NCBI GenBank assembly: GCA_963708075.1
Contig: OY970194.1
Location: forward strand, 4,512,001 to 4,576,000
Source: Sedimentisphaerales bacterium
GTDB lineage: Bacteria; Planctomycetota; Phycisphaerae; Sedimentisphaerales; Anaerobacaceae
Length of the DNA: 64,000 nucleotides
Reading direction: 5' to 3'
Shown: piece after piece, positions 57,038-64,000 of the stretch
How positions within the stretch are numbered: position 1 is the first letter of the stretch
Layout of the letters: every line of letters begins with the position of its first letter
The notes under the pieces: model-generated
Told to the model about the DNA's origin: nothing
Databases searched by the model: none
Seen by the model: only the letters and a program-made list of their open reading frames with translations
Position numbers and translations under genes: made by a program

Positions 57038-57595
57038 TTATGAACTCCGAAGGACGCGCCTTTTGATCGGGCGAGCGGGATTACCGCCTACGACAGTCCA
57101 GGGCTCGACATCCTTGAAGACGCTGGCCCGCGCCCCTACCACCGCCCCCTGCCCCACCGTCACGCCGGGGGCGATGAACGCGTCGGCACAGATCCAGGCC
57201 TGGTCCTTGATCTCGACAGGAACGAGCACTTGGGACATGTGCGGATGCTCGTAATCATGGGTCGAGGAGCAAAGATGAGAGTACTGGGAGATCGTGGAAT
57301 GCCCACCGATACGCACGCCGCCGATGTTGTAGCAGATCACGTGCTCGCCGAGAGAGCTGTAGTCACCCATCTCCAGTTTCCACGGCATGGTGATCCTGCA
57401 GGATGGCTGCAGCGCCACTCCTCGCCCGATCTTCGCTCCGAATCGTCTCAGAAGGAATCGCCGCCACCCGTGACAGAGACGTGGACTGGGCCGGAACAGA
57501 CACAGCCACGCCACGCCCCACAGAACCCGCGCAACCTTGTTCCAGATCGAGAACGGGCTTGAGCAACGACTGATATCGACCTTTGTCGCTTCCAA
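57038..57595 (-). CDS. wcaF: WcaF-like polysaccharide acetyltransferase
   Basis: WRRFLLRRFGAKIG, PWKL, SQYSHLC..THDY and hexapeptide repeats ending GGNPA. Confidence 0.88.
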   Translation of the reverse strand: MEATKVDISRCSSPFSIWNKVARVLWGVAWLCLFRPSPRLCHGWRRFLLRRFGAKIGRGVALQPSCRITMPWKLEMGDYSSLGEHVICYNIGGVRIGGHSTISQYSHLCSSTHDYEHPHMSQVLVPVEIKDQAWICADAFIAPGVTVGQGAVVGARASVFKDVEPWTVVGGNPARPIKRRVLRSS

Positions 57596-58759
57596 TCAAT
57601 TCAACCTGACACAATCGGGGAGCGGGCCGCCCTCCAGCAGCCATCGGTAGACGCTCATCATCCGGGCCGCCACCGTCGGCCATGAGAATGTGCCCTCGAC
57701 AAGGGCCCGGCCCCTGTTGCCCATCGTCTGAAGCTCCTCACAATCCATCGCAAACAACCTCTGCAGGCCCTGTGCGATCGACTCAGGGTGCGGCCTGACT
57801 TCCAGGGCCGCCCCGGCCTCGAACCCTTCGGGGATGTTGCACTCGGTTGTCATCATCACGGGCAGACGATGCGCCCACGCCTCCAGCACGGCCATGGGAA
57901 GACCTTCGCTGTACGACGGCAGTACAAACGCATCCGCCTGCGCCAGTGCCACCTCCTTATCGCTATCCAGCAGCGGTCCCGTGAAAGAGACATCCCGCTC
58001 GAGCGCAAGATCGCGCACCATGCGTTTGAGCTTTCCTTCATGTCCGAATTGGTCATTGCCTGCAATGGCAAGGCGCCAACCTCCATTCGGCGCTTTCAGC
58101 GCGGCCCAGGCTCTTACCAGGTTCGCCAATCCCTTCTTCTCGTGGATTCTTCCCATGAAAAGCAGGGTCTTGCGGACCTCGTCCGTCCGTGCCCAGGCTG
58201 CGGAGGATTTCGCCTCTTCGGTATCGTCCGGTAGAGCGACGCCGTTAGGTATGACACAAACAGGATTCCTCAATCCGTATCGCCGGATGCTGCGGTACTC
58301 CGATTCACACAGGGCATGGATGCACGCCGCCCGATGCAGGGTCTTGTTGGTGAACAGCCGGCCTGCGAGTCTCTTCTTCCACGCCGAATTGCGAAGCGCC
58401 CATGCGTCCAGCATTCCATGCGGAGAGACGAGCAGGGGCACGCCGGTCTCTTCTGCCGCCCGTCGGGCCGCTATGTCCGGGTACATCCAAAGCCCGTGGT
58501 TATGGATCACATCACACGACATTCGCCGCACGGCCTTGCTCAGAGCCGGCGAGTATCCGAACCGTCTGGGACCATGCCAGCCAAAAACCCGCGGCCCCGG
58601 AGGCCACCAGGCTTTCTTGTCCGCCTCGGTGAACTCATCCCTGATAGAGAGCACACTGACATCGCAATCTTTGCGAAGCTGTTCGCAGAGACCCCGTACG
58701 CTCACCCCAACGCCCGCGGCGCATCTGGAGATAGACGCAATAACCATGGCAACGTGCAT
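57596..58759 (-). CDS. Glycosyltransferase family 4
   Basis: HNHGLW, SPHGML, GRIHEKKG and PSYSEGLPMAVLEA. Confidence 0.93.
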   Translation of the reverse strand: MHVAMVIASISRCAAGVGVSVRGLCEQLRKDCDVSVLSIRDEFTEADKKAWWPPGPRVFGWHGPRRFGYSPALSKAVRRMSCDVIHNHGLWMYPDIAARRAAEETGVPLLVSPHGMLDAWALRNSAWKKRLAGRLFTNKTLHRAACIHALCESEYRSIRRYGLRNPVCVIPNGVALPDDTEEAKSSAAWARTDEVRKTLLFMGRIHEKKGLANLVRAWAALKAPNGGWRLAIAGNDQFGHEGKLKRMVRDLALERDVSFTGPLLDSDKEVALAQADAFVLPSYSEGLPMAVLEAWAHRLPVMMTTECNIPEGFEAGAALEVRPHPESIAQGLQRLFAMDCEELQTMGNRGRALVEGTFSWPTVAARMMSVYRWLLEGGPLPDCVRLN

Positions 58760-58782
58760 CGCTTCCCTGCGAACCTATTCGA

Positions 58783-60099
58783 TCATCTACATTCGGGCAG
58801 CACAGTTTGGGCGCGCGCGTCCATGCCACTCGTTTGAGGCTCAGGTGCGGGCACGAATTGCGCCGCCGTCGCATAGAGCATGACGGGAATCCAGAAAAAC
58901 AGCATGTGGACCCACGGCCGCACAAACCAGGTCGTGCTGTGCGTGATGGCATGCAAGGCTTGCGTCATCATGAAAACGTAGATCGCCTGTGCCATCATGC
59001 TTCCGCCCACGGCACGCAGGTAGAGCCACTGCATCACGTAACCGATCACGAAGAACTCCAGACACCCCACGTACCAGAACGAGCCGAAGCAATCCACCAT
59101 GCCGGTGAGCGTCGTCCCCGGCGATGGCGTGAAGCCGTACTCCTTCTGGGCGATCTCGATGAGATTGACCGTAGGGGCATAAAGGGACTCCTTCCGGGCG
59201 GCGCCAAAGACCTGGGCCGGAACGTAATCGGATACAAGGCAGTTCCAATGATAGAGCCCGAAGTCAAGCGCTTTGCGCATGGCGCCGGCGGCCATCAGGT
59301 AGACTCCGCTGAGGGTTTCCGAGCTTCCATCGGCCGTCGCCTTGCGGAATTCATCGAGGACATTTACCTCTTTCAGGCGCGACCAGTCCCGCTCACCGGT
59401 CGTGGAGACGACGACCGCTCGATAGACTCCCGTGCTCGCCATGCCCAGCGCGGCGACCACGATCGCCGACAGCGTCACGGCTCGCGGCAGCCGTCTGCCC
59501 CGCGCGAACCAGACAGCGCCCGCGATGACGAAGGCAAACTCCATCGTGTCCAGGCGGCGTCCGAAAAAGACGATGCGGTCCAGGTAATACGCGCCCGCCA
59601 GACAGGACAGATATAGAGAGTACCTGTTGCCCGTATAGAGGAAGTGCATCAGCGCCATGACGAAGCCGTATCGGAGCAGACAGACGAAGAAGGACAACGC
59701 CGTGGGCAGCCCGGTGCTCATGTCGAATTCCGCCTGGAACAGGGCACGGCTCTTGAGATAGGCCAGGCCGCCGACGAGGATCAGCAGGGCCGAGCCGAGT
59801 AACCACCTTCCCGAGTCGTACAGCACGGATCCCGCTCTCGGCCGGTTGTATCGCCGGGCACATGCATCTCCGAGCCAGCACATGATCAGGCACAAAGCAC
59901 ACATGAACGTGTAGCGTTCGATACCCCACCGCGGCAGATAGGATGCTCGCAGCAGTCCGAACAAGGGCGGGACAATGAACCCCAGAAAGACGGCGGCGGC
60001 CGCGAATGGATACTGGTAGATGCGGCCCGGGTCTCGGATGATTCCCAGAACGATGGCCAGCGCCGGCACAACGAGCACAATCAGCAGCAGTGTAGCCAT
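58783..60099 (-). CDS. Polytopic membrane protein, probable Wzy-like polymerase
   Basis: About ten hydrophobic segments, a GRR motif and a large loop; lies among glycosyltransferases. Confidence 0.7.
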   Translation of the reverse strand: MATLLLIVLVVPALAIVLGIIRDPGRIYQYPFAAAAVFLGFIVPPLFGLLRASYLPRWGIERYTFMCALCLIMCWLGDACARRYNRPRAGSVLYDSGRWLLGSALLILVGGLAYLKSRALFQAEFDMSTGLPTALSFFVCLLRYGFVMALMHFLYTGNRYSLYLSCLAGAYYLDRIVFFGRRLDTMEFAFVIAGAVWFARGRRLPRAVTLSAIVVAALGMASTGVYRAVVVSTTGERDWSRLKEVNVLDEFRKATADGSSETLSGVYLMAAGAMRKALDFGLYHWNCLVSDYVPAQVFGAARKESLYAPTVNLIEIAQKEYGFTPSPGTTLTGMVDCFGSFWYVGCLEFFVIGYVMQWLYLRAVGGSMMAQAIYVFMMTQALHAITHSTTWFVRPWVHMLFFWIPVMLYATAAQFVPAPEPQTSGMDARAQTVLPECR

Positions 60100-60152
60100 G
60101 GCAGAAGAATCAGTGGAGCTCGCTCCACCCCCACCCTTTCAAGCTGGAAAAG

Positions 60153-60251
60153 CATGGGTGGCAGCGGCAAGCGGAGCCTGCGGAGCTTGCCGATGGTGCT
60201 GGGCTGCATCCAAGAGCCATCGGTAAGCTGCGCTTGCCGATGCCACCCGTG
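60153..60251. repeat. GGGTG-headed REP-like inverted doublet
   Basis: CATGGGTGGCAGCGGCAAGCG / CGCTTGCCGATGCCACCCGTG outer arms; AGCTTGCCGATGG / CCATCGGTAAGCT inner arms. Confidence 0.75.
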
Positions 60252-60286
60252 TTGTGGAGTTCTCTCTCGTAATGCGCGGGCCGATG

Positions 60287-61477
60287 TCACCTGGCAAAGA
60301 CCAGGGTCTTCAGGATCAGAGAGCCGAGCCGGCTGCGGACATGGACGGGATCGTGACAGGCCAACTCCGCGGCTCTCCACAGGTTTGCAGCAAACCAGTT
60401 GCAGCCCCAGCCGGAGACGATCTGGCGGCTCATCCGGCCCATGACTTCGAGACCGCCATCCGCCTCGGAGATCGCGAGCATCTTCTCGGCGATGCCTGCG
60501 ACGTCATGGGGATCGAAGGTGAATCCATTCACCCCTTCGCAGACCAGCTCCGGCACGCAGCCGCATACATTGGAGACAAGGACAGGCAATGCGGAGGCCA
60601 TCGCCTCATTGACGGCCAACCCCCACGGCTCGGCGATGCTCGCCTGGATATAGCAACTGGCAAGGCCGTAATAGAGCGGAAGCTCCTCATACTGCCTGAA
60701 TCCAGGCAGAACGACGTGGTCCCGCAGGTTCAGGGCAGACACTTGGCGTTTCACCTGCGGCATCAGCTCGCCGTCGCCTACGATGACCATGTCCCACGGA
60801 CGCTTCGCCCTCCTGCGATACTCGGCGTACGCAGCGATCAATCGGAACAGGTTCTTTCGGGGGATGAACCGGGTCGAGCTGAGGAAGCATCGCTCGGGAA
60901 TGGAGTATTTGCGCCTGTAGCACGCGGCGTTTTCTCGGATCGGGCCGGCTTTGCTCGAAAAATAGTCGTTGTCAATCACATCATAGCCCGTAAAGACTCT
61001 GTCCTGCGACATTCCGAGCTTGCAGATGTACTGCTTTTGTGCTTGCCCGCCGACCAGCGCGGCGGAATAGTATGCCGCCACCTGGCGCTTGATCCACTCG
61101 CGCCAGGCGTGTCTCCTGAAGTCACGTTCCGACGTGTCGGACATCAGGATGCAGGGAACGTCATGCTCATGGCACCAGATCAGGCTCGACAGGGCGCCCT
61201 TGTCGTAGAGCCCCGGGATCGCGACCACGTCCGGCCGGATGACTTCGAGCTTCTTCGTGACTTCTTCATGGACCATCTTGCCCGCAAGCGACTCGGAATC
61301 CGCCGACGGGAAGACGATGTGCTTCTCGAACTCAACGTCGCCCCCGATCCGGGTCCAGGCGTATGTCCGGTCCTCGCCGGACAGCTCCAGCGCAACGACA
61401 GGTCTGACTCTGTTCGCCGCCCTGACACGGGCGTAGTGGTATGGCCCGAAACGATGGAAGATCACGAGCAGGCGCAT
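60287..61477 (-). CDS. Glycosyltransferase family 4
   Basis: FGPYHYAR, RFIPRKN and EPWGLAVNEAMA. Confidence 0.92.
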   Translation of the reverse strand: MRLLVIFHRFGPYHYARVRAANRVRPVVALELSGEDRTYAWTRIGGDVEFEKHIVFPSADSESLAGKMVHEEVTKKLEVIRPDVVAIPGLYDKGALSSLIWCHEHDVPCILMSDTSERDFRRHAWREWIKRQVAAYYSAALVGGQAQKQYICKLGMSQDRVFTGYDVIDNDYFSSKAGPIRENAACYRRKYSIPERCFLSSTRFIPRKNLFRLIAAYAEYRRRAKRPWDMVIVGDGELMPQVKRQVSALNLRDHVVLPGFRQYEELPLYYGLASCYIQASIAEPWGLAVNEAMASALPVLVSNVCGCVPELVCEGVNGFTFDPHDVAGIAEKMLAISEADGGLEVMGRMSRQIVSGWGCNWFAANLWRAAELACHDPVHVRSRLGSLILKTLVFAR

Positions 61478-61484
61478 CTCAGCT

Positions 61485-62750
61485 TCATCCTATTGGAACA
61501 GGTTGTGGAGACGCAAGAGGTGGCATCCCTGCCGGCCGCGGTGAAAGACTCGGTCGCAGCAGCCCCAGGACCCCGATCAGCCGATTCTTCCAGGCTTCCA
61601 TGGTGTAGTTGCCCGCCAGCTTTCTGGCGTTGGCCGCCAGGGCATCACGGAAAGCCCGGTCGCAATGGACTTTTTCAATAGCCGCGGCAAGCGCAGCCAC
61701 GTCGCCCGGAGCTACAATGACGCCATCGACGGAATCCCGGATGGCCACCCCGGCACGTCTCGTGGTGATGATCGGACATCCGGCCACGATGGCTTCGATC
61801 ATCACGGACGCAAGGCCCTCCGCGTGCGTGGGCAGGACGAACATGTCGGCGGACAGGAACTCCTCCTGCATCTGCTCGCGCGAGAGGTTGCCGAGAAAGT
61901 ACAGGTTGCGGCACTCCGGCCGGTGGGGAATCGAGGGATCGGTAGCCCCGGCGACACGGAACTCCAGATGCGGGTACTTCGGTTTGAGCAGGTCGGCCGC
62001 CCTCGCCAGATCGGGCAATCCCTTGCGCAGCAGGCAATTGCCGGCAAAGAAGATCCGTCCGGGCGTGGGCACGTTGATATAGCCCCGGTAGCTGATGCTC
62101 GAGCCATAGGGGCAAATCCGTATCTTCCCGGCGTCCTTGGGACTCAGCATCGTCACGCCCTGGGCCACCCACTCCGAGGGACACAATGCGATATCCGCCA
62201 GGTCCAGCGTCTCCTCGATCAGGCTCTCCGCGAACGCAAGGACGCTCGGGTCCATCGGCATCTCCCATCCGGGGTACTTCTGGCACTCGGCGTTCACGAT
62301 GCGATCCATCATCGGATGGGCAAAGACGTCCACGACGATCTTCAACCCGTGCTCCCTGGCATATCGAACGAAGTCCAGGTTCTCGTGGTACATCACGTAC
62401 AGGATGTCCGCATCCGCCGTGCCCCACCGCTGCATCACCCGGGACAGGATTTTGTGCCGCTGGTAGCAGCGAAGAATGGGGTGATCCCGGCGGTGACGGC
62501 GTCCGAAAACCTCGGACCAGAAAACAGCATCTGTGGAAAATATCTTGTTCGCCGGTATGTCCGCGATTTCCCGCCGGGACAATCGCTCGATGGAGCCCCC
62601 GACCCGGGAGCCGAGCCCGCGGCAGAGTCTGCCCAGTGGACTATGCCGCGAGGAGTCGGTGTACAGCCGGGACAGCATGCCCGCTTGTTCGAGAATTCTC
62701 GCCACCGCATATCGATGACGGGCGCCGTGCTGGCAGACAAGCACCTTCAT
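61485..62750 (-). CDS. Glycosyltransferase family 4
   Basis: GARHRY, LRKG and PTHAEGLASVMIEA; start overlaps the upstream stop (ATGA). Confidence 0.9.
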   Translation of the reverse strand: MKVLVCQHGARHRYAVARILEQAGMLSRLYTDSSRHSPLGRLCRGLGSRVGGSIERLSRREIADIPANKIFSTDAVFWSEVFGRRHRRDHPILRCYQRHKILSRVMQRWGTADADILYVMYHENLDFVRYAREHGLKIVVDVFAHPMMDRIVNAECQKYPGWEMPMDPSVLAFAESLIEETLDLADIALCPSEWVAQGVTMLSPKDAGKIRICPYGSSISYRGYINVPTPGRIFFAGNCLLRKGLPDLARAADLLKPKYPHLEFRVAGATDPSIPHRPECRNLYFLGNLSREQMQEEFLSADMFVLPTHAEGLASVMIEAIVAGCPIITTRRAGVAIRDSVDGVIVAPGDVAALAAAIEKVHCDRAFRDALAANARKLAGNYTMEAWKNRLIGVLGLLRPSLSPRPAGMPPLASPQPVPIG

Positions 62751-63967
62751 GCCGTTTGCATGGCAAGACGCTCGCGCATGAGCCTCAAGTGCTGCTTCAT
62801 TTTCCGGGGCAGGCAACTTCGCCATCCGTCTCTGAGTCCTCTGGGATAGTTCCATTTTGTCACATCCAAGGTTGGCTTCAGAGGCCGAGGGGCCCCGACC
62901 GCCGTATCCATCACATCCATGTACTGTTGAGCGGCTCTTCCCACGGAGAACCGACTCCGCGCGCTGCGCCCGGCTGCGAGCGACATCTCCTGCCGTCGTG
63001 CCGGATCGCAGGCCAGGCGCACAATGCAGTCTGCCGCCCGTCGCCAGTCGCCAATCGGAAAGAGACAACCCGTGCTCCCGTCGTCGATGATCGCGTCGGT
63101 CACGCCGCGGATGGCCGAGGCCACCGGAACGCAGCCGGAGGCCATCGCTTCCACCAGGCTCAGGCCGAAGCCCTCGTAGCGCGATGGGAAGATGTAGATA
63201 TCGGCCTGGGCCAGAACCTCCGGCACTGCCTCATACGGCACCGGGCCCAGGAAATGCACGTTGGACAGGCTGTTGCATCGGCGCTTCAACTCCGCAAGGT
63301 CCGGCCCGTCACCCGCAACGACGCATCGCACCCGCACGCCGCTTCGGTTCACGCGCTCAAAGATCCTGGAAAGGAGCAGGCAGCCTTTGGCATTGTCCTC
63401 CATGCGCCCGAGGAACAGGACCGTCAGGCCATCGCAGGCCGCTTTCTTCCTGGCGATATTGAATCTTTCCACCTCAATGGCGTTTGGAATGGAGACCGTC
63501 CACGCCTTATCAAATCCCTTGCGTGCAATCAGGTCCCGGGCGATCCGGGGCGACACCCCGATTGTGGCATGGACATGGTCCCGTATGGCGCGGGCCGCGG
63601 CGTATGCGCCAACGCTGGTCGTATGCACGATCAGAATCCGTCGCATGCCCGGCTCAAGATATCGCACGCAGTTGGTCGCGACGCGGCCGCACAGCACGTT
63701 CACAAAGACCCCTTCATAGCGTGCTGTCGTGAAGAACTCCACCAGGGCAGCCCCTTGCCTTGGCTCCTCTGACTCGCCGGGCGCAATGACTGTTCCCAAC
63801 TGCAGTTCCGCGTTGCCCGGCCCATCCGCCAACGCACTGGCATCGGCTGCACCGACGCCGATCCAACGCAGCTCGACGCCATGGGAGAGCAGACCGCTTC
63901 GAAGGTTGTGGAAGACGGAGTATGTTCCCCCGGTATGAGGGATGCCCATGTAGGCCCATTTTCTCAT
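62747..63967 (-). CDS. Glycosyltransferase family 4
   Basis: IPNAI, LGRM...AKG and PSRYEGFGLSLVEAMA. Confidence 0.92.
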   Translation of the reverse strand: MRKWAYMGIPHTGGTYSVFHNLRSGLLSHGVELRWIGVGAADASALADGPGNAELQLGTVIAPGESEEPRQGAALVEFFTTARYEGVFVNVLCGRVATNCVRYLEPGMRRILIVHTTSVGAYAAARAIRDHVHATIGVSPRIARDLIARKGFDKAWTVSIPNAIEVERFNIARKKAACDGLTVLFLGRMEDNAKGCLLLSRIFERVNRSGVRVRCVVAGDGPDLAELKRRCNSLSNVHFLGPVPYEAVPEVLAQADIYIFPSRYEGFGLSLVEAMASGCVPVASAIRGVTDAIIDDGSTGCLFPIGDWRRAADCIVRLACDPARRQEMSLAAGRSARSRFSVGRAAQQYMDVMDTAVGAPRPLKPTLDVTKWNYPRGLRDGWRSCLPRKMKQHLRLMRERLAMQTA

Positions 63968-64000
63968 AGGTCTTATGTACCTTCTATTATCCGGCTGTCC

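Overview
This is a GC-rich bacterial chromosomal segment. Gene content (many Tat-exported Gfo/Idh/MocA oxidoreductases, PQQ-like propeller, CsgG-domain and dockerin-like secreted proteins, rubrerythrin/FprA/desulfoferrodoxin) suggests an anaerobic, polysaccharide-degrading Planctomycetota, possibly Phycisphaerae; this is inference only. Contents: (i) sugar redox and catabolism genes (seven Gfo/Idh/MocA, a xylose-isomerase-like protein, ThuA, GH106-like, GH127, GH5-like), two of them next to corrinoid-methyltransferase-family genes; (ii) a nine-gene PerR-type oxygen-defence operon ending in rubredoxin and zwf, with a 7-1-7-like operator; (iii) a Gfo-LamG-atypical aldo/keto reductase-tetraheme cytochrome operon; (iv) a 1.2-kb gene-free region dense in hairpins; (v) a lone PD-(D/E)XK nuclease; (vi) an ECF sigma/anti-sigma/CsgG-domain operon; (vii) the distal end of a surface-polysaccharide locus with GT4s, a Wzy-like protein, WcaF, a carbamoyltransferase, GT2, a split WcaI-like GT and a TRAM-less MiaB-like radical SAM enzyme. 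The polysaccharide locus also holds a 253-bp MITE-like insertion and a deleted radical SAM remnant. Intergenic spaces carry a 9-bp TAGGTCCTA tandem repeat family and several REP-like doublets. Five otherwise intact genes have 1-2-base frameshifts that may be sequencing errors. No rRNA, tRNA or CRISPR array was seen. All product calls come from motif recognition, not database searches.
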